Of a stretch of DNA of 64,000 nucleotides, positions 20,654-30,150 are shown piece by piece. The position numbers and the translations under genes were made by a program. The notes under the pieces were generated by a model. The model was not told where the DNA came from and searched no databases. It saw only the letters and a list, made by a program, of their open reading frames with translations. Each line of letters opens with the position of its first letter. The stretch's first letter is position 1. The stretch lies in assembly GCA_963706285.1 (NCBI GenBank), contig CAVPLU010000004.1:256001-320000 (forward strand), written 5' to 3'. The DNA is from Candidatus Bathyarchaeota archaeon (GTDB taxonomy: Archaea; Thermoproteota; Bathyarchaeia; 40CM-2-53-6).

Positions 20654-20674
20654 TTCAATTGTATTTCAATTGTA
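20654..20674. promoter_or_regulatory. Tandem TTCAATTGTA repeat (11-bp period) just upstream of the TATA box of the ftsZ-like gene
   Basis: TTCAATTGTA at 20654-20663 and 20665-20674, followed by CTATATAAG at ~20685-20693. Confidence 0.45.
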
Positions 20675-20756
20675 ATACGTAACGCTATATAAGTCTCGTT
20701 CGATACTTGCATCACTCCGCAGCCAATCGCCCAGACAGATTCGGAGCCCTCTCAAC

Positions 20757-21836
20757 ATGGTTGTCAATCAAGCCCTCTCGTGCTTACCTCAACTCTACTC
20801 AAGATTCCCTCGCGTCTCAATCATAGGAGTTGGCAACGATGCAAACCACATTGTCAGCCAGATATTCGAGCAGGGAGGCTCAGGTGCCCAGTGCATATCA
20901 GTCGACACCGACAGCGCCAGCCTCGAAGATATCTACTCGCACGAGAAAGTGCTCATTGCAGAACATCCTGCTTCTGATACAGGATTTCCCAGCGATCGCG
21001 AAACCGGACAAGAAACCATCCAAGAGTGCACGAGCCTCATTACTCCACTGGTCATCGGCGCGGACGTCACGTTCATAATCGTTGGAACTGCCGATATAGC
21101 CAAACTTAGCATAGCATCGGCCACTGCAAGCGTGGCCCGAAAAATCGGGGCCGTAACGGTTGGATTGGCGATAATCCCGCCGGATTCGCAAAGAGATGAC
21201 GGGTTCATCGCTCCTCACGGACTTGCGCAAATGCGAAAAAGCTGCCACACCCTGGCGATTGTTGACACCGGCCGCTCAGAGCGACTCCTAGGATACACAC
21301 GCGAACTGAATGGCGATTTGTCGGAGAAGTTGACCATCGATATCGTATCGGGCCTATCTCAAGCTCTTGCATGCCCCAGTACCGTAAACATTGAACTCCC
21401 AGCGTTCCGAGAGCTGATGATGCATGGCGGAATCGCTCATGCGGGAATCGCCCACTCCTCCTCTGCCCTGAGAATAGAGGAAGCAACCCTGGGAGCTCTA
21501 AGAGGCCCCTTGCTCTATGACCAGATCACACGATACCGCGGCGCCCTCATTAACGTACGTGGCGACTCAAGCCTCACAATCGAGGAGGCTGAGAGAGCTG
21601 CCCAACTCATCACAGAGCGAGCAGGATGGAATGTGCCTGTCGTAATGGGAACTTTTGTCGATGAATCGTGGTATGAGGGATGCCAAGTTTCGCTCCTCCT
21701 AACGGGAGGCGTCTATCCGTACATCCCAGGCGGATACAGGAGAGTGCCCCTAGAAATGTATGAAATGGAACCAGACGGAGAAGATGAAACCCCCGTAAAC
21801 CTTGAGTTAGATCTGGATCAGTTGGAAGAGACTTAG
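20757..21836 (+). CDS. Divergent FtsZ/tubulin-family protein lacking the GGGTGTG motif
   Basis: IIGVG, VDTD, GADVTFI, ARKIGAVTV, PSTVNIE, GALINVRG, TIEEAE; acidic C-tail LDLDQLE. Confidence 0.75.
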   Translation: MVVNQALSCLPQLYSRFPRVSIIGVGNDANHIVSQIFEQGGSGAQCISVDTDSASLEDIYSHEKVLIAEHPASDTGFPSDRETGQETIQECTSLITPLVIGADVTFIIVGTADIAKLSIASATASVARKIGAVTVGLAIIPPDSQRDDGFIAPHGLAQMRKSCHTLAIVDTGRSERLLGYTRELNGDLSEKLTIDIVSGLSQALACPSTVNIELPAFRELMMHGGIAHAGIAHSSSALRIEEATLGALRGPLLYDQITRYRGALINVRGDSSLTIEEAERAAQLITERAGWNVPVVMGTFVDESWYEGCQVSLLLTGGVYPYIPGGYRRVPLEMYEMEPDGEDETPVNLELDLDQLEET

Positions 21837-21954
21837 AAGCGTCTACTTCCATCTTTTCGTGGATCTTAGACAACTCATTACTCATAATGGGCTACTTACG
21901 GTTCGAGGGGCTTTGGGTGCCACTCAGCAGCGAAAACAGGGATCATACTTTTTG

Positions 21955-22461
21955 TCAGGTGTAGTCCCCGAGGTAGACATCCAACTGTTTTGATCTACCG
22001 TCAACTTCTCTTCTATTGATCCAAGGCTCCTTCACTAATTCGGCAAGGTGCTTCTGGAAGTCTTTGAGCACTATATGCAAGAGTTTGAGCTCATCTCCCC
22101 CAACGCCCATCGGGGAATCAACTTGCTTGCGCAGAGAGCAAAGCATACTATAGTCTTGATTCTGAATATCTGACTTGATCTGTGGTCTTTTGGCAATCTG
22201 ATCTCTCTCGTAACATTCAATCGCTTCCAGGAACAATTCCCTGTTGTACTTGACTACTTCAGGAGATAAGACACCCAAATGTTTCACACATAAAAGAGAT
22301 GGAGTCCTAGCTCTTGATTCTTTCGCGAGAGGGGTGAGTTCATCGTCACCCTCGTTCGGGGGCTGTTGGGCGCTTCCTACAATGAGGATCGTTTCTGTTA
22401 CGGCATAGTCGCCAACTAACCCACCGTCCGTCGTCACAAGGCCCCTCCGGACACCTCCCAC
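21955..22461 (-). CDS. Hypothetical protein (start uncertain)
   Basis: ORF only; no recognisable motif. Confidence 0.35.
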   Translation of the reverse strand: MGGVRRGLVTTDGGLVGDYAVTETILIVGSAQQPPNEGDDELTPLAKESRARTPSLLCVKHLGVLSPEVVKYNRELFLEAIECYERDQIAKRPQIKSDIQNQDYSMLCSLRKQVDSPMGVGGDELKLLHIVLKDFQKHLAELVKEPWINRREVDGRSKQLDVYLGDYT

Positions 22462-22591
22462 GCACCAAAAATAGGCTCAAAATGGGTGGTTTTGTGTCTC
22501 TCATGTGCGGCGGTATTATGAATTTGTGGGAGGTTAGGGGTGGCTGTGTGTGGGGGCATTATCAAGTCTAGGGGTGTGTATGTATGTAGGT

Positions 22592-22903
22592 TCAGTTGGC
22601 TCTTTGCAGGATCTCGTTTGATATTTCTTCTCTGGTCTTGCCTTCTGTGGTGATTCCAAGTTTCTTGGCAGTCGTAACTAGGACATCGTCGGAGCTTGTC
22701 TCGGGTGAAGTTGGTGCTGGTGTCCTCGGGGCGCCTTGACCTGATGCTGGTTCTTCGATAGGATTTGTAAGCTGTTTGTAAGCGGCGTCAAATTCTCTTT
22801 TTGCCCGGCCGATGGTTCTTGCAAGATCAGGTATCTTGTTTCCCCCCCAGAATAAGAGGCCGATGAAGACGCCTGCAATTACTATCCATTCCCACCAATC
22901 CAT
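22592..22903 (-). CDS. tatA: Twin-arginine translocase TatA/E
   Basis: EWIVI..LLFWGGNKIPDLARTIGRAKREF; archaeal tail AKKLGITTEGKTREEI. Confidence 0.9.
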   Translation of the reverse strand: MDWWEWIVIAGVFIGLLFWGGNKIPDLARTIGRAKREFDAAYKQLTNPIEEPASGQGAPRTPAPTSPETSSDDVLVTTAKKLGITTEGKTREEISNEILQRAN

Positions 22904-23093
22904 TGATAATTGGCCTCGGTCCGATCGTAAACCAATTGTATGCTTAAACGGCTTTTCACTTAAACCAAATCTCTTGTATGTTCATTGTCTCTTAACTAGG
23001 GCAGCAGCATGCGGAACACTAATAGAACATCAGTCGCCGCCTATGGGAAACGCTAAGAATTGGCTATAGCTGCAACATGTTAGGTGGCTGACT

Positions 23094-23354
23094 ATGATGG
23101 AGATAAAGGGTAAGTGGATTGTTGTCGATAATGACGTCTATCAGCGGCTCAAAGACCTTGGCGAGAAAGGTGAAACGTTCAACGACATCATACGTAGACT
23201 CTTAGAGACCTACGAACCACGGGCCGCCCCCAAAGAAGAGAGAACGTCTGGCGTTAACACCAAACCTGACGATCCCAATGCAAGCAAGCGATGGAGCGAC
23301 GCTAAAGAAATGAGCGAACACCGATGGGAACGGCAGGCGAGGGACCCCCCTTAA
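23094..23354 (+). CDS. VapB-like antitoxin / small DNA-binding protein
   Basis: IVVDNDVYQRLKDL...GETFNDIIRRLLE. Confidence 0.7.
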   Translation: MMEIKGKWIVVDNDVYQRLKDLGEKGETFNDIIRRLLETYEPRAAPKEERTSGVNTKPDDPNASKRWSDAKEMSEHRWERQARDPP

Positions 23355-23511
23355 CCGTAAACAGAAGCTTCACACCAAACAGAACGCGGAGCACCACATT
23401 AACAGTGGTAGAGGGAACACCTACATGATACAGGGAACCACAAAGAGAGGTAGCATAAGAAGAAAAGTGGAAGCGTAGCGTACCCACACACAACCCCCAT
23501 CAACCATTCCC

Positions 23512-24144
23512 TTAACCACGTCTAAGTTTCCTTCCGACCTTGAGAAGTTTCTTGCCAAATGAGGTCGGTCCACCCGCAGGCTGAACAGATCCTGTTCTTA
23601 TTGCGCAGAGAATGTCATCAACGCTTCTTGAGTTGCTGTCAACCAGAGTGTAGGCATCGCCTACTGTCTCGGGAATATGCGCGTCGCTTCCTGCAACCAT
23701 TGGCAGACCAATCTGTTTCGCCACTCGTTCAGCCAATCTCTTGTTGAGATGGAAGAACAGGGCGTCGGAATTGATTGTTTCGATCGCTTCAGGTCTGGAC
23801 ATTAGTTTGAGCGGATCAACACATGGAGATATCGGGTCGAAAGGATGTGGAATTATGGCGACTCCTCCGACGGCATGGATCAGTGCAATCGTCTCGTCCG
23901 CTGTTCTTCCTTTTGCAATTGGATCGGATATCCCAAGTCCAATGATGTGTCCTTGTCGTGTTGACACCTCGATTCCTGGTAGGATGATCGTTTCTGAACT
24001 GCTTACTTCGGTGAGCGAATCGTGATTAGTGATGGCCACGCCGTCAAGGCCTTTCTCCCGTAGGATCATTGGGAGTTGTTCCGGGTCCACGAACGAATCG
24101 TCTGACCCAGTTGTGTGTACGTGAAGGTCGATCTTGAGTCTCAT
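23512..24144 (-). CDS. PHP-domain metallohydrolase
   Basis: DLHVHT, AITNHD, GIEVST..GH, PHPF, GSDAH. Confidence 0.9.
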   Translation of the reverse strand: MRLKIDLHVHTTGSDDSFVDPEQLPMILREKGLDGVAITNHDSLTEVSSSETIILPGIEVSTRQGHIIGLGISDPIAKGRTADETIALIHAVGGVAIIPHPFDPISPCVDPLKLMSRPEAIETINSDALFFHLNKRLAERVAKQIGLPMVAGSDAHIPETVGDAYTLVDSNSRSVDDILCAIRTGSVQPAGGPTSFGKKLLKVGRKLRRG

Positions 24145-24160
24145 TGGAGAGGGCCCTATC

Positions 24161-25843
24161 TCATTGAACGCTTTGGATGCGAATGCTGATTTGATCGTCA
24201 GAGATCTTCTTGAACAACGGTACGGGATCGCCTATTACGTGGCCTTCACGTAGAAGTATCTCGCCAGCCTCTTCCCAACGCCTCTTGGAAACGCCATTCT
24301 GTAAACCAAGCTGTGCCCAGATTGAATCGGCCGTCGTGGGAAGGAAAGGTGCAAGCAATACCGCCAGGGATCTCACCAATTGTGCGCATATGAACATCGT
24401 CGTGCGAGCGCTTACAACCTCTCGCTTGATTGAATGCCATGGTTCACTTTCGCTGAGGTAGAGATTCCCATCCCGAGCAAGGTCGATCACCGCGGATAGG
24501 CCTTCTCTCAGCTTGCACTGATCAAGTTCCGCACTCGCTTTCCTGGGCGCTCCCTGAAGCTTCGCTAGGATCGCCTTGTCGCGTTCGTTGAATTCGCCTG
24601 GTGAAGGGATTGTGCCTGAGAAGTTGTTCTTGATGAAGGTCAGGGTTCTGTGGACGAAGTTGCCGAGTACGTCGTTCAGGTCTGCGTTCACTCGTGCTTG
24701 GAAATCCTTCCAAGTGAAGTTGGCGTCCTTCGTTTCAGGTCTAATCGCGATCAGAAGATACCTCCAGTAGTCGGCTGGTGCAACTTGTAGCGCCTCGTCC
24801 ATCCAGACTCCGATTCGGTGACTCTTCGAGAACTTCTTGTTGTCAAAGAGTATGAACTCGGTCGAAGACACTTGCCACGGCAATACGTACGGGTCCTTCG
24901 TCGCCATGAGTAAAGCTGGAAAGATTATTGTGTGAAATGGGATGTTGTCTTTTCCAATGAAGTGTACGTTTTTCGTTTCTTTGTCGAACCAGAACGTTTT
25001 CCAGTCGTCAGGTCTCCCGTTTTTCTCGGCCCATTCCACAGCCGCCGAGACGTATCCGAGAACTGCTTCTAACCAGACATAGATCGTCTTCTCTTCTGCG
25101 CCTGGGAAAGGTGCTGGAATCCCCCACTTGTTATCGCGTGTAAGAGCTCTTGGGCGTAATCCTTCCTGTAGCCATCGTTTCGAGAAGTTGCGTGCGTTGT
25201 CCGGGAGTCCAGTGCTGGAGTCGATGTAATTGGTCAATGAATCAGAGAACTTGGGCAGGTCAAAGAACCAATGCTTTGAGGGCTTGATAGTCGGGGTTGT
25301 GCCGCAAAAGGCGCAACGGGGTGATTTCAATTCTAGCGGGTCGAGGACTCTGCCGCAGCTGTCGCATTGGTCCCCTCTCGCATTGTCCTTGCCGCAGTGA
25401 GGGCATATCCCCTCGACGAATCTGTCCGGTAGAAAGCGCTCGCATTTGGGACAGAATGGGAGATTGACGGTTTCGCTGTATATGAAACCATTATCGTAGA
25501 CTTTTCGGTAGAATTCTTGAACGTATCTCTTGTGCACAGGGTTCTCAGTTCTAGTGTAGTTACTGAAGTGGATCTGATACTTGTCCAGTAGGTCGCATAT
25601 GGCGGCATGGTATTCGTCTGTGAGTTGTTTGGGAGGCACTCCCTTCTTGATCGCCTCAACCTCAATTGGAGTCCCATGCTCGTCGGATCCCGTGACAGAG
25701 ATAACATCTTCGCCTTTAAGCGACAGATATCTTGAGAAAACGTCCGCGGACAGAAGATGGATAAACGTACCAAGGTGTGGAAGTGTATTCACGTACGGCC
25801 ATGCCGAACATACTATCCACTTGCCCAATCCATGTTCCTCCAC
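24161..25843 (-). CDS. metG: Methionine-tRNA ligase
   Basis: SAWPYVN..HLGT, GSDEHG, Zn knuckles, GKDNIPFH, KFSKS. Confidence 0.95.
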   Translation of the reverse strand: MEEHGLGKWIVCSAWPYVNTLPHLGTFIHLLSADVFSRYLSLKGEDVISVTGSDEHGTPIEVEAIKKGVPPKQLTDEYHAAICDLLDKYQIHFSNYTRTENPVHKRYVQEFYRKVYDNGFIYSETVNLPFCPKCERFLPDRFVEGICPHCGKDNARGDQCDSCGRVLDPLELKSPRCAFCGTTPTIKPSKHWFFDLPKFSDSLTNYIDSSTGLPDNARNFSKRWLQEGLRPRALTRDNKWGIPAPFPGAEEKTIYVWLEAVLGYVSAAVEWAEKNGRPDDWKTFWFDKETKNVHFIGKDNIPFHTIIFPALLMATKDPYVLPWQVSSTEFILFDNKKFSKSHRIGVWMDEALQVAPADYWRYLLIAIRPETKDANFTWKDFQARVNADLNDVLGNFVHRTLTFIKNNFSGTIPSPGEFNERDKAILAKLQGAPRKASAELDQCKLREGLSAVIDLARDGNLYLSESEPWHSIKREVVSARTTMFICAQLVRSLAVLLAPFLPTTADSIWAQLGLQNGVSKRRWEEAGEILLREGHVIGDPVPLFKKISDDQISIRIQSVQ

Positions 25844-26033
25844 GTTAAGCCGTTGATTCGATCACAGGCCCTGCAAGACTGCTGGCAAGACGCGAGCTGG
25901 CAGGTGCCCAGAATTGCCCCTCCAAAGGCTTGAAAGCGCATACGCAACCTTCCGAATAGATTAACATTATCAGTCAATGCAAATGGGAATGAAGAAATAG
26001 CGCACAGACAATGTGCTCCCGAGGAACGACACG

Positions 26034-26444
26034 ATGAGCGACGAGTATACAAAGCTGCTCGACAGTGCGATGGAGAAGATCCCTAAGAGAACCTCTTCCG
26101 GCGAGAGGTTTGAGCTGCCGTCAATCCAAGGAGTCAGGATGGGTAGCAGAACCATCATCCAGAATTTCAAGGAAATCGCCGACCGTATGAACCGAGATCC
26201 GCTCCATCTTCTGAAGTTCCTTTCAAAAGAACTCGCGACCGCTGGGACAACGGATGGAACACGCGCAATCTTGAAAGGCGTATTCAAGGTGGAGTCAATG
26301 AGGAGGCTATTGGAGATCTACACGCAAAGATTCGTAATCTGCCCAGTCTGCAAGAGACCTGACACAAAAATGGTCAGAGAGAAGGGGCGCACATTCCTCA
26401 CATGTGAGGCCTGCGGTGCAAGATCACCAATATCCACAACTTGA
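26034..26444 (+). CDS. Translation initiation factor aIF2 beta
   Basis: RFELP, TIIQNF, KELATAG, CPVCKRPDT..CEACGA. Confidence 0.93.
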   Translation: MSDEYTKLLDSAMEKIPKRTSSGERFELPSIQGVRMGSRTIIQNFKEIADRMNRDPLHLLKFLSKELATAGTTDGTRAILKGVFKVESMRRLLEIYTQRFVICPVCKRPDTKMVREKGRTFLTCEACGARSPISTT

Positions 26445-26457
26445 GAAGTGTAGGACC

Positions 26458-26754
26458 GTGGAGGTCCATCTTAGAATTATTAATGAAAAGCGCGGAATGC
26501 TGGTCGCCGTCTGTGATTCTGGGCTACTGGGCGAAACGTTCAGACAAGGTAGGATGAAGCTCGAAGTGAGCACCGAATTCTATGGAGGCTCATTATGCTC
26601 GGTCGACAGGGCTATGGAGGTGCTTGCCGAAGCAGATGTTGCTAATCTTGTTGGCAAGGCGACGATCAAGGCAGCCGTCGATAAAGGCCTGGTAGACCCT
26701 CAGGCAGTGATCTACTTCGGCCCGGTCCCCCATGTACAGATCGTGAGGCTGTAG
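26458..26754 (+). CDS. DUF424 family protein
   Basis: LVAVCDSGLLG, EFYGG, ANLVG, VPHVQI. Confidence 0.85.
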   Translation: MEVHLRIINEKRGMLVAVCDSGLLGETFRQGRMKLEVSTEFYGGSLCSVDRAMEVLAEADVANLVGKATIKAAVDKGLVDPQAVIYFGPVPHVQIVRL

Positions 26755-26831
26755 GACCGAACTCGCCTGAGTGTATTCTTTTAATGTGACCTGTAGGTTA
26801 CACGAAGTCTGCGAGCTTTGAGAGTGGGCTG

Positions 26832-27137
26832 TTGGGTAAGAAGAAAGTTCTCAGTGAAGGCCAACTTCGCGAAATGGTGACCCCTGGCCAGGGTCAAATG
26901 TTCGGTGTTGTGATGCAGATGCTTGGTTACGATAGACTCCTTGTCAAGTGTGCAGATGGGCATGAGAGGGTGTGTCGAATCAGAGGCAAGATGAAGAGAC
27001 GCGTCTGGATAAAAATGGGAGACGTAGTCCTTGTCGCACCTTGGGACTTCCAGTTTGAGACTCGCGGAGACATCCTCTGGAGGTACACTGAAGCCCAAGC
27101 CCAGATACTGCGGCAAAAAGGCCAGCTTGTAATGTAA
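26832..27137 (+). CDS. Translation initiation factor aIF1A
   Basis: CADGHERVCRIRGKMKRRVWI..GDVVLVAPW..RGDILWRY. Confidence 0.95.
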   Translation: MGKKKVLSEGQLREMVTPGQGQMFGVVMQMLGYDRLLVKCADGHERVCRIRGKMKRRVWIKMGDVVLVAPWDFQFETRGDILWRYTEAQAQILRQKGQLVM

Positions 27138-27157
27138 GCGTTTACTGGTGCCTGTCT

Positions 27158-27958
27158 GTGGCGTGGTCGAGGACCGAAGGACGGCTGAGGCTAAGACAGG
27201 CCCGGTATGAAACTACTCGCTTGATGAGAGATAAGAGAAGTGAAGAGCTGGAAGCGCTAGAACAGGTTTTCGATAAGTCTACGCTTATGGTAATCTATCA
27301 TATGCTCGACACCGGCAAATTGTCCAAGATCTCAGGCGCCGTTAGGTCAGGCAAGGAAGCGAAAGTCTATTGGGGCATTGGCCCCAAGAAGAATGAGATC
27401 GCCATCAAGATCTACTTGACCTTGTCTGCTGAGTTCAAGAAAGGCAGGCTCGCATATATTGAAGGAGACCCGAGATTCGAGAGGACGCGCACCGACACGC
27501 GATCGCTCGTCTACCTCTGGGCTCAGAAGGAATTCAGGAACCTCAAACAGGCTCATGAGGCAAAGGTGCGAGTTCCGAAGCCTATTGCAGTGGTGAAGAA
27601 TGTCCTGCTCATGGATTTCATAGGCAGTAAAGGCGAGCCAGCTCCACTGCTTAGGGAAAACGTTTCGAAGAACCCTAAGAGGATCTACAGGGAGCTCATC
27701 TCGTATATTCGGCTTCTATATCAGAAGGCTGAGTTGGTTCACGGGGACCTGAGTGAGTACAACATAATGGTTTGGCGCGGGCATCCTGTCATATTCGATG
27801 TTTCACAAGCGGTTGACACTGAGCACCCAATTGCGAACCGATTACTTATGAGGGACATATTGAACTTAAACCGCTACTTCCACCAAATCGGGGTGGAAAC
27901 TGAAGACGAAAGTGACATCTACGATCAGGTGGTGAAAACAACTGTCGACCAAGACTAG
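27158..27958 (+). CDS. rio1: RIO1 serine protein kinase
   Basis: SGKEAKVY, AIKIY, WAQKEFRNL, LVHGDLSEYN, FDVSQAV. Confidence 0.93.
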   Translation: MAWSRTEGRLRLRQARYETTRLMRDKRSEELEALEQVFDKSTLMVIYHMLDTGKLSKISGAVRSGKEAKVYWGIGPKKNEIAIKIYLTLSAEFKKGRLAYIEGDPRFERTRTDTRSLVYLWAQKEFRNLKQAHEAKVRVPKPIAVVKNVLLMDFIGSKGEPAPLLRENVSKNPKRIYRELISYIRLLYQKAELVHGDLSEYNIMVWRGHPVIFDVSQAVDTEHPIANRLLMRDILNLNRYFHQIGVETEDESDIYDQVVKTTVDQD

Positions 27959-27962
27959 TACG

Positions 27963-28514
27963 ATGATTCCTCACGACAGAATAGGCGTCGTGCTCGGCCG
28001 CGAAGGAGCCACAAAAACCGATATCGAGAAAATGTTCAAGGTCAAACTGAATATCAACAGCGAGTCAGGAACAATCGAAGTTACCCCCTCCGACGACAAC
28101 ACTGACCCATCAACCATACTGCGTGCAAAAGATGTAGTGACAGCCGTCGGAAGAGGATTCTCCCCTGAACGCGCAATGACGCTGGTCGACGACGACATGG
28201 TCCTTGACCTAATCGACCTCCGCGAACTCTTCGGGAAGAATGAGAGCGATATTAACCGCATCAAAGGCAGAGTCATCGGCAGCGAAGGAAAGATGAGGCG
28301 ACTCCTCGAAGAAATGACAGACGCCAAAGTCTCCGTCTACGGATCCACAATATCGATGATCGGAGAGTTCGAAGCCGTTTCCGCTGCAAGACAGGCAATC
28401 GAGATGCTGATCAAAGGAAAACAGCACTCGACCGTGTACAAATTCCTTAGAAAGACTAAGACCGAGAGCAAGAGAAGAAAGACATTGGAGCTGTGGGAGA
28501 CGCCCCCCAAATGA
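27963..28514 (+). CDS. KH-domain rRNA processing protein (Dim2/Pno1-like)
   Basis: RIGVVLG, GRGFSPE, RIKGRVIG..GK, G.QH..VY. Confidence 0.9.
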   Translation: MIPHDRIGVVLGREGATKTDIEKMFKVKLNINSESGTIEVTPSDDNTDPSTILRAKDVVTAVGRGFSPERAMTLVDDDMVLDLIDLRELFGKNESDINRIKGRVIGSEGKMRRLLEEMTDAKVSVYGSTISMIGEFEAVSAARQAIEMLIKGKQHSTVYKFLRKTKTESKRRKTLELWETPPK

Positions 28515-28575
28515 GCATTCCAGCTTCGACAAACGGTTTGGGAATGAAAGCAGTCCTCACCTGTGGAATCTCACG

Positions 28576-30150
28576 ATGAAAGCAGCTGAGGTTTTTCAAG
28601 AGATCTCCCCCGCTGACTTTTTCTACAGAAACCGAGACATCGCCGGATTCACTAACCCGACGCGTGCGATCTATTCGACAATTCGGGAACTTATCGAGAA
28701 CTCCCTCGATGCGTGCGAGGTGCACGGCATAACCCCGGATGTCTACATGAGGATCTCACACGAATCCGGGCCAGCCGAAGGTGTCGGAGTCTATCGCATC
28801 AGGGTCGCAGACAACGGAATAGGTGTGCCATCAAAACTCATACCTTCAGCCTTCGGCCAAGTCCTATTCGGGTCAAAGTACAAGCTCAGACAGACGCGTG
28901 GACAGTTTGGCTTAGGCGGCAAAATGGCCATACTATACGGACAAATCACCACGCACTCAGAAGCAATCGTGATCTCAAGCACTGGACCAACCAAGATACA
29001 CGAGCTCAGACTCCGAATCGATATCCAACGCAACCAACCAGAAAAGATCAAAGAGATCACACATCCGAACCCCGATCGTTGGCATGGCACTGTAGTCGAG
29101 TTCTCAACAGAAGCGGACTATACGCGAGCAATGCCGAAAATTCTAGACTATCTCCAAGAGACCGCGATAGTCGCACCATATGCCAACCTCACCTTTGTTG
29201 ACCCCAGAGGTAGACTCTACAAATTCGAGCGTGCGACAACTCAGATGCCTGATCCTCCCAAAGAGACCACTCTCCACCCCCACGGCGTCGATGTAGAGAC
29301 TATGAAACGCATCATTGAGGTAACACAAGCCCGGTCACTTCATGTATTCATGAAAACGCATTTCCAGAGAGTAGGAGACACGACAGCTCGCAGGTTTCTA
29401 GAATTCGTAGGTATACCAGGCAAGAAGAACCCCAAGAAGATGACAAACGAGGAGACCGTCGCGCTCGTGACAGCGATGAAGAATTTTGAGGACTTCCTGC
29501 CTCCTGACTCAAGTTGTCTGTCACCGCTGGGCGAAGAGCTATTGAACGCAGGGATCAAGAAAGAGTTGGCTCCAGAGTACGTGGAGGTCTATCAGCGGAA
29601 ACCCTCCGCCTACTCAGGCTTCCCATTCATTGTAGAGGTTGGAATCGCATACGGTGGCAAAATCCCGAACACCGGCGGGATAGTACTCTACCGATTCGCG
29701 AACAAGATACCGCTCCTCTTCGATGAGGCAAGCGATGTTTCGTGGAAAGTGGTCAACTCGCTGGTTGACTGGCGACACTACAAGGTCCTGCCTGACATGC
29801 CCATTGCCGTTTTTGTTCACCTGTGCTCCACAAAGGTCCCCTACAAGACAGTTGGGAAGGAATTCATCGCCGACCGACCCGATGTCGAGAGAGAAATCTT
29901 AAACGCTCTACGAGAGGTCGCAAGACGCCTCTCCGTTTTCCTTTCGCGAAAGCACACAATCGAGCGACAGAAGAGGCGTCTGGATGTCTTTGAGAAGTAT
30001 CTGCCCAAGATAGCTTTGTTCTCTACGAAGCTGGCTGGAAAGAAGAAAGAACCTGATGTTAAGCCACTACTCAAGAGTGTATTGAGGTATGAAAAAGAAG
30101 GAGAAGAAGAAAGCAGCGGAGAAACGAGCAAAGAAGACCGGGCTGATTAA
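28576..30150 (+). CDS. top6B: DNA topoisomerase VI subunit B
   Basis: ELIENSLDA, DNGIG, QTRGQFGLG, RFANKIPL. Confidence 0.96.
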   Translation: MKAAEVFQEISPADFFYRNRDIAGFTNPTRAIYSTIRELIENSLDACEVHGITPDVYMRISHESGPAEGVGVYRIRVADNGIGVPSKLIPSAFGQVLFGSKYKLRQTRGQFGLGGKMAILYGQITTHSEAIVISSTGPTKIHELRLRIDIQRNQPEKIKEITHPNPDRWHGTVVEFSTEADYTRAMPKILDYLQETAIVAPYANLTFVDPRGRLYKFERATTQMPDPPKETTLHPHGVDVETMKRIIEVTQARSLHVFMKTHFQRVGDTTARRFLEFVGIPGKKNPKKMTNEETVALVTAMKNFEDFLPPDSSCLSPLGEELLNAGIKKELAPEYVEVYQRKPSAYSGFPFIVEVGIAYGGKIPNTGGIVLYRFANKIPLLFDEASDVSWKVVNSLVDWRHYKVLPDMPIAVFVHLCSTKVPYKTVGKEFIADRPDVEREILNALREVARRLSVFLSRKHTIERQKRRLDVFEKYLPKIALFSTKLAGKKKEPDVKPLLKSVLRYEKEGEEESSGETSKEDRAD

